The notes under the pieces were generated by a model. That model saw only the letters and a list, made by a program, of their open reading frames with translations, did not search any database and was not told the origin of the DNA. Position numbers and translations under genes: made by a program. A DNA stretch of 63,976 nucleotides. Source: Octopus bimaculoides (lineage: Eukaryota). Each line of letters begins with the position of its first letter. Position 1 is the stretch's first letter. Positions 1 to 10,281 of the stretch are shown here, piece after piece. Where the stretch lies: positions 47,723,897-47,787,872 of the forward strand of contig NC_068994.1 of assembly GCF_001194135.2 (NCBI RefSeq). Reading direction: 5' to 3'.

Positions 1-3000
1 CTCAGAATTGAACCATCAGATTACAACTTGGAATATTCAGCTCTTGAAGAGGATAATGACAAGGAAGAGAAAGATCTCACTTTAGTCCAGGTAAGAACAA
101 AAGTGGAAGAGCCTGTGCAGACATTTTTGGAATCTGGGAAAGATACTGCATCAGATCCTCTTGAAGATGCTGATATACTCAGTACTGAAGACCAAATACC
201 TGATGATGGAAAACCCAAAGACCAAGGTCTTGATACAAAAAATATTGCTACAAATAAATTGGAATGTATATCTACCTCTGAGAATATTGTCCACGAGAGT
301 GTTGGTGATGATGTAACATCAGTCAGAATTGAACCATCAGATGACAACTTGGAATATTCAGCTCTTGAAGAGGATAATGACTGGAAGGAGAAAGATCCCA
401 CTTTAGTTCAGGTAAGACCAAAAGTGGAAGAACCTGCAAAGACTTTCTTAGAATCTTGGAAAGATACAGTGTCAGATCCTCTCGAAGATGCTGATATTCT
501 GAGCACTGAAGACCACACACCTGATGACGGAAAAACCAAAGACCAAAATGTTGACACTAAAGTTATTGCTACAAAGAAATTGGAATGTTTATCTACATCT
601 GAGAGTATTGTCCGAGAGAGTGTTGGTGATGATGTGACATCAGTCAGAATTGAACCATCAGATTACAACTTGGAATATTCAGCTCTTGAAGAGGATAATG
701 ACAAGGAAGAGAAAGATCTCACTTTAGTCCAGGTAAGAACAAAAGTGGAAGAGCCTGTGCAGACATTTTTGGAATCTGGGAAAGACGCTGTGTCAGATCC
801 TCTCGAAGATGCTGATATTCTAAGAACTGATGATTCTGACAATGTGATACAATCTAGAGACATAGAAGTCATCCCAATGTCCTCAACTGTTCCATGTAAT
901 GATAAATGCGACATTGGTGATGACATCTATGTGTCTGTTGATGACATTGAAAATGAACTTGGTATAATTGAAGGTACTATGGATTTACCATCTGCATCTC
1001 ACCATAATGAGGCAACAGATTCATCTGAAGCAAAGACAACTAGTGATGAAAATGATGTTTGGTCAATGTTTTATACACCTGTGACACCTGGTGAAGAAGA
1101 TGACAACTTGGAATATTCAGCTCTTGACGCGGATAATGATTGGGAAGAGAAAGATCCCACTCTTGTTCAGGTAAGAACAAAAGTGGAAGAACCTGCAAAG
1201 ACTTTCTTAGAATCTTGGCAAGATAATGTGTCTGATCCTCTCGAAGATGCTGATATTCTCAGTACTGAAGAACAAATATTTGATGATATAAAACCTAAAG
1301 ACCAAAATGTTGATACTAAAAACATTGCTACAAAGAAAGTGGAATGTATATCTACTTCTGAGAATATTGTCCAAGTGAGTGTTGGTGATGATGTGACAAC
1401 ATTCAGAATTGAACCATCAGATGACAACTTGCAATATTCAGCTCTTGAAGAGGATAATGATTGGGAAGAGAAAGATCCCACTTTAGTTCAGGTAAGAACA
1501 AAAGTGGAAGAACCTGCAAAGACTTTCTTGGAATCTTGGCAAGATACTGTGTCTGATCCTCTCGAAGATGCTGATATTCTAAGTACTGAAGACCAAATAT
1601 CTGGTGATGTGGAAACCAAAGAGTTTTCTACATCTGGAGGAAAAGAACATCGCATGAAACATTTAGCTCTTGAAGAGGTTAGTGACTGTGAAGATAATGT
1701 ACCTATGGACTCTTCAGTAGAACATCATGAAATACTTGAATATGATTCAATTAGTGATAGTGAAAATGAAGAGAATTATTCACCACCTTTACAATTTTCA
1801 GCTGACAACGACTGCCATTTAACCCAACTGAACCATGGTTTTGCGGGAAAAAAATCTTTAGTTACAAAAGCTGTAAATACTGATGATAATGAAGTTTGGA
1901 ATATGTATTTTACTTCCCATCAAAAAGACAGTGAATATGCAGAAATAGAGAAGTATCCACTGGAAGATGTGGAAAGCGTTAAGCTTCGACTCAATTCCAG
2001 GATGGACGATTTCTCCAAAGGTAGTCTTCACAGTGAGCCATCTTCCAGAGAAACATCCACCTCCCCGCTGTCTTTTGAGCAACTCAAGGAAACAGCATCA
2101 GATATTGATTACAGCATTGATCACAGAGAAGATTTTAACTGGGAACTGCGAGAACAAATTGCTAGTAACCTATCTCTGCAAGATAAAAGCTATTGTTATC
2201 GAGACCAGCCTGAATTTTTCTCTGGTAGTCTTGACTCTTGGGCGAGTTCAACTGGAACAATGTTCACAGCAACTCCTGGCTATCTCAGTTCAACATGCCT
2301 GTCTGACAATGAAAATACGCCACTTATGTCCAACTCTGATGATGAATATCTTGATGCTAAGGATATATTTTTTGAAGATGAACCACATGTGAAAGTTGAT
2401 ATTCCATACACACATGACACTCAGTCTGAAGTAAATGAATCCATTACTCTATTTTTACCAACGGATGAAGAGACTACAAAAACTTTAAATAAAGCTGAAC
2501 AAGAAAAAGCAGAAGCTCTTCAGCGCAAACATATAATAGAAGAAGAGATATCTTTGCTTCTCAGTGAAATTGTAGCTATGGCATCAGAAGGAACCAAACG
2601 AACAGAAAAGGCAAACCTTTCTGAGCAAGATGTCAAAGCTGAAGGAACTAAAATCTCTCAAAAAATTACAGAAATCATTCAAGGAATGGTCCACTCAAAT
2701 GAAAACATGGAAGGAAAAGTAGCAAAAGACATTAATGCCATCATTCCCCAGGATGCAAATCTTACAGAAGTTCAAGATACCATGAGATCCACAGAAGTGA
2801 TGGACAACCAAGAAACTTACTCTGATGAATTAGTTGTACCTAGTGAAACAGAAACAAAATATGTAAATCTTGAGGTAACTGAACAAATGGAGCAGAAATT
2901 ACAAAATGTTGCTTCACTTTACTCCAACTATGCTGAAGACATTCCAGACACACAGTTAATGCTGAAATTGGAGACTCTGTACTTCATTGAAAAAATGGGA

Positions 3001-6000
3001 AAAAACAAGGACAAAGATAATCTTGATACACAGGGAAATCTTCAAAGCTCTAAATTTGTCACTAGTATAGAATCTACTTGTGATAAAAACATAAAACACC
3101 AAGATAATCAACATGTAGACAATTTTAAGTCCAGTGAGTTTTCTGAACTCTCTACAGATCAGCATCAAGAAACAGACCAATCAACAGAGGTTCAGTCAAA
3201 GTCTTCAGCCAATGAAAATGAAGAAATCTTTGCTAATGTCCTGATGGTTGAATTGCCAATTACTGAAGAACTCCATGTCAGCGATGAACATCTAGATAGT
3301 TCAGAAAGTTCCATTAATAGAACCAAGGATAGTGAAAACTGTAGGTTTACAAGCACACTGGAATTACAACTACCAAACACTGGCGTTTCTGATACAACTA
3401 AATTGCAAAATCAGCGCTCAAGTGCCAAAAAGGATGGTTTAACATCACGTTCAAAACGATCAAAATCAAAGCTGTCTCCTGGAGACAGAATTGCTCGGAG
3501 GTGGCGTAAAAAGTCCCCGCATCGTAATTATTCAAATGCCTTGTTTATTAATGTACCTAATTATTCTGAGTCTTCAGAGGAGGAAATGAGTAAAGATGTT
3601 GAAGAGAGTCAATTGGATAATGAGGAATGCAAAATGGCATTGAAACATCACCGACTTAGTGAATCAGGATTTCCAATAGAAACTCACAGTGAACTACTGA
3701 AACGCTTATCCTCAATGGAATCTGATTGCTCATCAACATCTTCATATGAAGGCTTCCGTTGCACACTGCACACCTTTGTGCCTGACTATGACATGAAAAA
3801 CTACCATAACATATTTGTCATACCAAAGAGGTACGGAACTTTCTCAACTGAAGTAAACATGAATATTGCTGAACCCAAGGAAACAAATCTCCTTGATGAA
3901 AGTTCACCATCAAAGAAGACTGTAAAATCTAGTGTGACATTAGCAAACTCTCCTGAAGAAGTTTTATGCACAATAGCAAAATCTCCTTCTGAACATACAA
4001 CCACTTCAGACAACTTTGAATCAAAAAGAAAAGAATCAGTTGAAGAGGAGACAACTATCATTGTAAAAAATACTGATGAGGAGAAACTAAGTGATAAGAG
4101 CAATGATCGTAGAGATTCTGTTGTCATTGACTTCACAGCAGATGAAAGAAGGAATGACAGAATGTCATACTTTACTGAAGAACAAATTCAAGATATGCTT
4201 CAGAAAGTAAATCAAAAAGGATCTGTTACACAATATTCAAAGTCAGGTTACCAAACTGATTGCTACTCTTTCATCAAGGAAAATGAATTCCGATATGGTA
4301 CCAGTAACTATCCCAGTCTGATGAATTATCCATCTCAAGCAGAACCTTATTGGCAAACTAAATCTTCTGATCCTGAAAAAACCATGCTACTTACTTATTC
4401 TGAAATGCTCTTGTCATCTGATATCATTAGTAGTAAGGCAGAAAATGCTCATGAAATAGCTGATAATGATAGCAACATCATCAATGATGACACCGAAAAG
4501 CCAACAGATGTGCTGGATTCAACAGATATGGAAAAACTTCGCAGGGAATCACAAGAACTCACACAAACATCAGAACAACTCGCTATTGACTTGTCATCTC
4601 TGCTTTCAGTTGATAGTTCAGAGATTTCTGATGAACTGTCACAGAACTATGTTACAAAGCGACCGAAATCACCAGAAGATCATTCAGAGTCTTCACAGGA
4701 AACATCCTCCTCTGATTCTGATGGGGATTATCCATCAAATCAACATCTTATTCTGGAATTTGGTGGAGAAATTGATGTAAGCAATAAATGTACTAAGCTT
4801 CCATCAGCAAACATTTCATCAGATGAGACCAACTTGCAAACCCAGTCTGATGATGTTAGTATGAAATCTGAAGATGTTATAAGTGAGACAGATAAAACAG
4901 CATTAACTGAAGCAAATCTATCTGAAGAGATTATTGCTACTGTTCCTGACTCGGCTGATGGGAAACCTGTCCATGTTGACAATTTTCCAGAACACTCTGA
5001 ATATCTCAGTTCTCAAGCTACAGAAGAAATCTCTGAAGAGAATTCCATTATAGAAATTGTTGAAGATCACACAGAAGGTCCTAATGACAAAATGTTTGAT
5101 GATGTTTCAGAATTTGTTGATAGAAAAGAAGTTTTCTTTGGAACTATGCGTCAACAGATTGATAAACCATTGTTGAGCTACAGTCTTCCAGTTAACACCA
5201 GTCTAGCTGAATCTAGTTCCTCTTTACATGATGGGGCTGATTGTGAAACTTCTAAAGAGACTGTAAGTTCGGATGTTGATATATTCCAGATGAAGTTATT
5301 AAATAGAGAATTGTGTGAAACTAACGAGTTGAATGCCATCCAACATGAAGAATTGAATGAACCACAAGCTAAGGAGTTAGATAATGTCAGTGTTTTGGAA
5401 TCGGTAGGAAAAGAATTTGAATTTACCTCAGCTAGCTCTTTTGAAGAAAGTAGCGTAAGTATTCCTGAAAATTCTTTGGCTGAGAAATCAGTGCCTGTTA
5501 AAGACCATTCTGAAGAGGAAATTATGCCAGTTACTTTTGATGAAGTTAAATCTAACTTTACTGAAGAAACATCAACAAAAAAGCCAGAGGACATTTCTAA
5601 TGCTGAATTCTCAGAAACAGATATTGGCAAGTTTTCACCAGGAAGTAATGAGGTAGAACTGGAGCTACAAAAACCTCCTGAAAACATTCTGCAATTATCG
5701 GAACAATTTTATAAAGAATGTTTTGGAAATGAATCAAGTTATGTTATGACTGAATTCCCAGAAGAACTAAGAAGTCGAGAAGAATATAGTGTTATTCTTA
5801 CAGACAAACATTTGGCAACATTTGATGAAAATCAAAGACAAGAGACAGACATCTGTAGAAATTACAGTACTGAGAAAGACCAGTTCTTGAAAGAAACTGA
5901 TGCTGACGCAAAGAGTACTGGCATCAAGAGCAAAAAGAAAAAGAAACAGAAGAAAAAACCAAGATTCTTTGCTCTTGATAATGAAATGCTGATGCAGTTT

Positions 6001-9000
6001 GTTGAAACAACAGCAGAATTATCCAAGGAATCTGAGTTTGATTCTTCAGGTGTGGATCAAAATGACAGTGCTGTAACTAAAAGCCAAATGGAAATACAAT
6101 CATTGGCTGAGCTAGAAACAGAAGAATCTTTGAAAGAATTACCACCAACTAGCTTAGCAGCTGAAGACAAATTTGAAATATCTGAGGATACTTTAAAAAC
6201 AGAGAGTAAAATCAATTCAGTAACAGAAGAACCGCGTTTGTCACATGACGCTGACTTTGTCGATGCAATTACTGAACAGGAGTCTTCAACTGAATTACTA
6301 GACCCTGAATTTACTCCAAATGTCATCAAAGAAAATGCTAAAATAGAAGAAATTGAGCAGACTGTAAATAAATTAGTTGTCAGTCCATGTAAAGAAATGT
6401 TTACTCACGAAACTGAGATCTCAAGTATAGAATGCAAAGTCAGTGAAATTACCAGTGAACCATTGAATGACAACACAATCAACATTAAGTATTCAGATGA
6501 AGTTGGCTTTGATTTGGCCTCTGTCCAACAACCTGAAGCTTTTGTGAATGTAGCTGACACTGAGCCTTATTGCCAGCTTCTCAAAGAACAAACAGACATA
6601 GGAGTCATTGAACATTCATCTGTTGACCAGTTAGAGAAAAAGGAAGAGCAGAGTAAAAATGTGGATCTTGTTAAACATGTTGAGATTTCAGATGTTCAGG
6701 AAACATTTACAGAGTCATCCAATGTTAATTTAACTGCTGAATGGGACAATGCAACTCAGCTAGAAATAGAGCATAGGTCATGTCTGTTAAAAACAGAGGA
6801 GAGTCCAGATCAACTGGAAATAAAGGAAAGTACATGCTTGTTGAAGACAACAGAAGATACAGCTCTGTCAAAGACAGAGGAAAGTACAACTCAGACGGAG
6901 ATAAAGGATAGTAGTCCAGCTCAAATGGAATCAGAAATATTTAGCAAATCATCTCCAGAAAAAATAGAACTGAAAACAGATATTACAGAGGTGGAGCAAA
7001 AGCAGCTAGAGGTTAAATGTGGTGAATCCACCGTTACTGCTAGTCCTACCTTCCCTGTTCAGTCAACTGTGACTGCAGGCGATGTAAGTATAAATGCACC
7101 TGAGGAAGAAAAGCCAAAGAAGAAACGAAAGAAAAGGCGATCCCCATATTTATATGGCTATGGTGATGACTCAGTCAATTCATCTGATTTTATAGAACCC
7201 GTAATAAGCGATCCTGATGTCAGCCAACATATACTTCCTGCACTTGCAGAAACTGTTTCATCTTGCACTGACACTACTGCTTTGAAGTCAACAGAGAGCA
7301 AATCCTCCCCTGAAACAATAACTGATAAAGACATCGATGCTACCCCTAATGAGAATCAAGTGAAGGAAGCAACTCCTGAGATTAAAGATCCTGTTTCCAC
7401 ACGTGAACCTATGGATGTTACTTGCACAAAATGTTCTCCTGAAGAAGAGACTGACAAAGACATCCATCCAAAGAAAAAGAAGAAAAAGAAAAAGAAGTCA
7501 TCTTTAAAAGATGAAAATGAAGCAACATCAGAACAGAAGAAGTCTAACCAGTCTTCCAAGAAAGATAAAGAATCATTTTCTAAAGAAAAAACACCAGACA
7601 CTCTTTGCAAAGATGGAGCCTTAGACCAGAAGTACAAATCTCTTGCTGCAAATTCCAGTAATATCAAAAGTCAGGAGGGAGATGATCAGATTCCACTGGT
7701 GAAAGAATTGAAAGATTCAGAAGCTACCAAATCTCAAGATGACTATCCTAAAACTGACAGACAGTTATCTTCAGAGGAAGAACTTCAGAAAGAGTTTGTT
7801 GTGGAGAGCAATGAAGAAAGAACAGACGAGTGTGTGTACAGTCTGCTCCCATCTGAAACTGAAATTGATGTGACTACCCATCAAGCTAGTATGCTGGAAG
7901 ATGTTAAAGGAGAAATGATTGTCGAGAACATTCACAAAACTGCTCAGAAAGAAAATAAACCTTGTTCTTTGGTACAAGCAAAAGTAGAGCAACTATCCAG
8001 AAGTGAAGAGGGGAATAATTTGGCCTTTGCACAAGAGAAAACACATTCATCAGCTATTGTTAAGGAGGATTTAGATGAAAGTTATTTAGAACTTGAACTT
8101 TCTAGAAAATCAGTGCTAGATAAGCAAGTTTCAAAATCCATCAGCTCTCCTCCAGAAGGAACAGGTAGTGACAAACATCTGTTATTTTCTGAGGATTTCA
8201 AAGATGCTGATTTCAGACTGGCTGAGAAATCTGATAAGAAATCTTTTGTTAGCATTTCTGAATCAAATGAAAATGTACAGTCTGAAATTTTTGATGAAAC
8301 AAACATTGTAGACAAGGACAATGAAAGCTCTGGCACTTCCAATACAAAAATAGCTTCTTTGGAAAGCAAGAAGAAAAGGCGTTCACCTTTCCCTTACGGT
8401 GATGATGAGAAGTCAATATTATCGAAAGGAATTGAAGAATTCTTCCAATCTACTCACAGTAAGGCAACAGAAACAGGTCCTTTATATGTTGACACACCAG
8501 CAATGACATCAGAATTAAATGTGGCAAAAACTCCAGATCTCACAATTAGTAATCAGAGCTTTTCCATTAGTGAAGAACTAAAACATAGTCAGGTTATGAC
8601 AATACCAGGGGACACAAAAAAGAAGAAGAAACAAAAGAAGACATCACAAGTAAAATTCTGTGAAAGTGGCAAAGTCATTCCAGTTCCTCCTGAAAGTTCT
8701 TCAGTTGAAACATCAGCCAAGATTTCTGTAGTGGAAGATAAAAATACAGTAGAAATAAAGAAAGATGTTTCCAAGACAGAGAACAAGGTTAGCCAAACTT
8801 TGTCGAAAGTTTCTTCAGCAATTTCTAAGAAAGCCCAATCTGTTCTTGAAGACTCTCCAATCCGGAAAAAGAAATCTAGTACGTCAAATGAAGAAAGCTC
8901 TGAGGACTCAAAGACTAATGAGAATAATTCTAGTATATTAAAGTTGTCAAAGAAAAAGACAAAACACAAAGAAGTCTCTGCAAAGGAAAATTCCAGTGAA

Positions 9001-10236
9001 TTGTGTCCAAGCAAAGAATCTAAGAATCTCTCAACAGATTCTTCATCCATAACAAGCAGTGAACATTCTCAGAAGAAATTCATTGCTGAAACTGAGAAAT
9101 TAGTGAAGTTGGAACCTGTCGAAGAGAAAACGACACTTATGTCAATAGCACCTCCAATTTCAAAAATTCCATCAGAAACTGACTCAAAATGTCCAAACAA
9201 AGAAAATAAAGAGAAAGAGGAATCATCAACTGGAAAAGTTGCTAAGTCTGTTGTTGATAAAATATCTTCTTTAGTGACATCAATTACCAAACAAGTAACA
9301 GATTCACTGGAAGAACTCTCAACACACAAAAAGAAGAAATTAAAGCAGTCATCACTTACGATCCCTGAACTCAAAGAAACAGAGGACAAAAGATCGTTCA
9401 AAGAAAGAACGGAATCTTCAAATTCAGAATCAAAGAACAAGTCCAATAAGAAAGTCTTGGACAGTTCCCTGTCCGAGAAATCCATGCGGAAAGTAGGTGA
9501 AGCTAATCCAAATTCCAAACAGAAATCTCAGAAAGGGAACTCTTCCAGCAAAGCTTCGCCCCTGTTGTCTAAAAAGAAACAGAAGAGCAAACATTCAAGG
9601 GACTCAAAGAACATTCCAGTCAGTCTAATAAAAATTGAATCCCCTTATAGGCAGCATACATACCTGCCACTGATACAACATCTAACTGAAGAGGAAGCAG
9701 CTTTCTCGGATACCACACCACTGACAAAGAGGAAGAAGAGGCAGAGAAAAAAGAAGAAGCACCATAATATGTCACAGTTGTCTACTACAACTGAGAGTTC
9801 GTGCGAGATAGACACGGCTCTGTGGTTGCACTCCAATAAGTCATCTCGTGACAACAGTAGCCATCAAAGGACCAAAATTCCTCCACGGCCTAAAATCGTT
9901 GTTTCTGAGGATACGAGTGCACCTCCACTGCCACTACCTCGTGCGAACTCAACAACACCACCGACAAAGAGAGCAGGTACACCAACATCTCCCTATTTAT
10001 CAGCTGACTCCTTCAACAATCCACGATCAAGGTCACGCTGCCGGAGGTCACCGGTAAAAGAACTATTGTGGCTTTCGGAACAGGAGATGCTCTCAGACAG
10101 GAACGATTCAGACTCTACCAGAAGGGGACGATCACTGAATAATATAAACCGCATCAGCAAAATTAACCTAGCATATATATCAACTGGTACACGTGTAAGA
10201 AAAAGAAGAAAAAAGAATATTATTGCGGTCTCTTAA
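1..10236 (+). CDS. Giant uninterrupted ORF/exon (at least 3411 codons, open at the window's 5' edge); unidentified low-complexity Ser/Glu/Asp/Lys-rich protein, probably intrinsically disordered
   Basis: Frame 1 is open from base 1 (CTC AGA ATT GAA...) to TAA at 10234-10236. A stop-free 10-kb frame cannot arise by chance in AT-rich DNA. I recognised no globular domain. The true end may be a splice donor near 10187 (CTG|GTACAC) or 10195 (CGT|GTAAGA) rather than the stop. Confidence 0.85.
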   Translation, partial: LRIEPSDYNLEYSALEEDNDKEEKDLTLVQVRTKVEEPVQTFLESGKDTASDPLEDADILSTEDQIPDDGKPKDQGLDTKNIATNKLECISTSENIVHESVGDDVTSVRIEPSDDNLEYSALEEDNDWKEKDPTLVQVRPKVEEPAKTFLESWKDTVSDPLEDADILSTEDHTPDDGKTKDQNVDTKVIATKKLECLSTSESIVRESVGDDVTSVRIEPSDYNLEYSALEEDNDKEEKDLTLVQVRTKVEEPVQTFLESGKDAVSDPLEDADILRTDDSDNVIQSRDIEVIPMSSTVPCNDKCDIGDDIYVSVDDIENELGIIEGTMDLPSASHHNEATDSSEAKTTSDENDVWSMFYTPVTPGEEDDNLEYSALDADNDWEEKDPTLVQVRTKVEEPAKTFLESWQDNVSDPLEDADILSTEEQIFDDIKPKDQNVDTKNIATKKVECISTSENIVQVSVGDDVTTFRIEPSDDNLQYSALEEDNDWEEKDPTLVQVRTKVEEPAKTFLESWQDTVSDPLEDADILSTEDQISGDVETKEFSTSGGKEHRMKHLALEEVSDCEDNVPMDSSVEHHEILEYDSISDSENEENYSPPLQFSADNDCHLTQLNHGFAGKKSLVTKAVNTDDNEVWNMYFTSHQKDSEYAEIEKYPLEDVESVKLRLNSRMDDFSKGSLHSEPSSRETSTSPLSFEQLKETASDIDYSIDHREDFNWELREQIASNLSLQDKSYCYRDQPEFFSGSLDSWASSTGTMFTATPGYLSSTCLSDNENTPLMSNSDDEYLDAKDIFFEDEPHVKVDIPYTHDTQSEVNESITLFLPTDEETTKTLNKAEQEKAEALQRKHIIEEEISLLLSEIVAMASEGTKRTEKANLSEQDVKAEGTKISQKITEIIQGMVHSNENMEGKVAKDINAIIPQDANLTEVQDTMRSTEVMDNQETYSDELVVPSETETKYVNLEVTEQMEQKLQNVASLYSNYAEDIPDTQLMLKLETLYFIEKMGKNKDKDNLDTQGNLQSSKFVTSIESTCDKNIKHQDNQHVDNFKSSEFSELSTDQHQETDQSTEVQSKSSANENEEIFANVLMVELPITEELHVSDEHLDSSESSINRTKDSENCRFTSTLELQLPNTGVSDTTKLQNQRSSAKKDGLTSRSKRSKSKLSPGDRIARRWRKKSPHRNYSNALFINVPNYSESSEEEMSKDVEESQLDNEECKMALKHHRLSESGFPIETHSELLKRLSSMESDCSSTSSYEGFRCTLHTFVPDYDMKNYHNIFVIPKRYGTFSTEVNMNIAEPKETNLLDESSPSKKTVKSSVTLANSPEEVLCTIAKSPSEHTTTSDNFESKRKESVEEETTIIVKNTDEEKLSDKSNDRRDSVVIDFTADERRNDRMSYFTEEQIQDMLQKVNQKGSVTQYSKSGYQTDCYSFIKENEFRYGTSNYPSLMNYPSQAEPYWQTKSSDPEKTMLLTYSEMLLSSDIISSKAENAHEIADNDSNIINDDTEKPTDVLDSTDMEKLRRESQELTQTSEQLAIDLSSLLSVDSSEISDELSQNYVTKRPKSPEDHSESSQETSSSDSDGDYPSNQHLILEFGGEIDVSNKCTKLPSANISSDETNLQTQSDDVSMKSEDVISETDKTALTEANLSEEIIATVPDSADGKPVHVDNFPEHSEYLSSQATEEISEENSIIEIVEDHTEGPNDKMFDDVSEFVDRKEVFFGTMRQQIDKPLLSYSLPVNTSLAESSSSLHDGADCETSKETVSSDVDIFQMKLLNRELCETNELNAIQHEELNEPQAKELDNVSVLESVGKEFEFTSASSFEESSVSIPENSLAEKSVPVKDHSEEEIMPVTFDEVKSNFTEETSTKKPEDISNAEFSETDIGKFSPGSNEVELELQKPPENILQLSEQFYKECFGNESSYVMTEFPEELRSREEYSVILTDKHLATFDENQRQETDICRNYSTEKDQFLKETDADAKSTGIKSKKKKKQKKKPRFFALDNEMLMQFVETTAELSKESEFDSSGVDQNDSAVTKSQMEIQSLAELETEESLKELPPTSLAAEDKFEISEDTLKTESKINSVTEEPRLSHDADFVDAITEQESSTELLDPEFTPNVIKENAKIEEIEQTVNKLVVSPCKEMFTHETEISSIECKVSEITSEPLNDNTINIKYSDEVGFDLASVQQPEAFVNVADTEPYCQLLKEQTDIGVIEHSSVDQLEKKEEQSKNVDLVKHVEISDVQETFTESSNVNLTAEWDNATQLEIEHRSCLLKTEESPDQLEIKESTCLLKTTEDTALSKTEESTTQTEIKDSSPAQMESEIFSKSSPEKIELKTDITEVEQKQLEVKCGESTVTASPTFPVQSTVTAGDVSINAPEEEKPKKKRKKRRSPYLYGYGDDSVNSSDFIEPVISDPDVSQHILPALAETVSSCTDTTALKSTESKSSPETITDKDIDATPNENQVKEATPEIKDPVSTREPMDVTCTKCSPEEETDKDIHPKKKKKKKKKSSLKDENEATSEQKKSNQSSKKDKESFSKEKTPDTLCKDGALDQKYKSLAANSSNIKSQEGDDQIPLVKELKDSEATKSQDDYPKTDRQLSSEEELQKEFVVESNEERTDECVYSLLPSETEIDVTTHQASMLEDVKGEMIVENIHKTAQKENKPCSLVQAKVEQLSRSEEGNNLAFAQEKTHSSAIVKEDLDESYLELELSRKSVLDKQVSKSISSPPEGTGSDKHLLFSEDFKDADFRLAEKSDKKSFVSISESNENVQSEIFDETNIVDKDNESSGTSNTKIASLESKKKRRSPFPYGDDEKSILSKGIEEFFQSTHSKATETGPLYVDTPAMTSELNVAKTPDLTISNQSFSISEELKHSQVMTIPGDTKKKKKQKKTSQVKFCESGKVIPVPPESSSVETSAKISVVEDKNTVEIKKDVSKTENKVSQTLSKVSSAISKKAQSVLEDSPIRKKKSSTSNEESSEDSKTNENNSSILKLSKKKTKHKEVSAKENSSELCPSKESKNLSTDSSSITSSEHSQKKFIAETEKLVKLEPVEEKTTLMSIAPPISKIPSETDSKCPNKENKEKEESSTGKVAKSVVDKISSLVTSITKQVTDSLEELSTHKKKKLKQSSLTIPELKETEDKRSFKERTESSNSESKNKSNKKVLDSSLSEKSMRKVGEANPNSKQKSQKGNSSSKASPLLSKKKQKSKHSRDSKNIPVSLIKIESPYRQHTYLPLIQHLTEEEAAFSDTTPLTKRKKRQRKKKKHHNMSQLSTTTESSCEIDTALWLHSNKSSRDNSSHQRTKIPPRPKIVVSEDTSAPPLPLPRANSTTPPTKRAGTPTSPYLSADSFNNPRSRSRCRRSPVKELLWLSEQEMLSDRNDSDSTRRGRSLNNINRISKINLAYISTGTRVRKRRKKNIIAVS
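2..1620 (+). repeat. Coding tandem repeat, 321-nt / 107-aa unit, five copies (some partial) with one unique spacer of about 270 nt
   Basis: The anchor TCAGAATTGAACCATCAGAT recurs at 2, 323, 644 and 1403. LEYSALEEDND...DPLEDADIL recurs five times in the translation (the fourth reads LEYSALDADND, the fifth LQYSALEEDND). Confidence 0.95.
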
Positions 10237-10281
10237 TTTAATTTGATTTTTATGTATATATACATATATATATGTATATGT

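Noticed and set aside
21-9854. Antisense ORFs of 60-170 aa overlapping the giant ORF
   Set aside because: Shadow frames caused by the biased codon usage of the sense ORF; no independent homology or splice signals.
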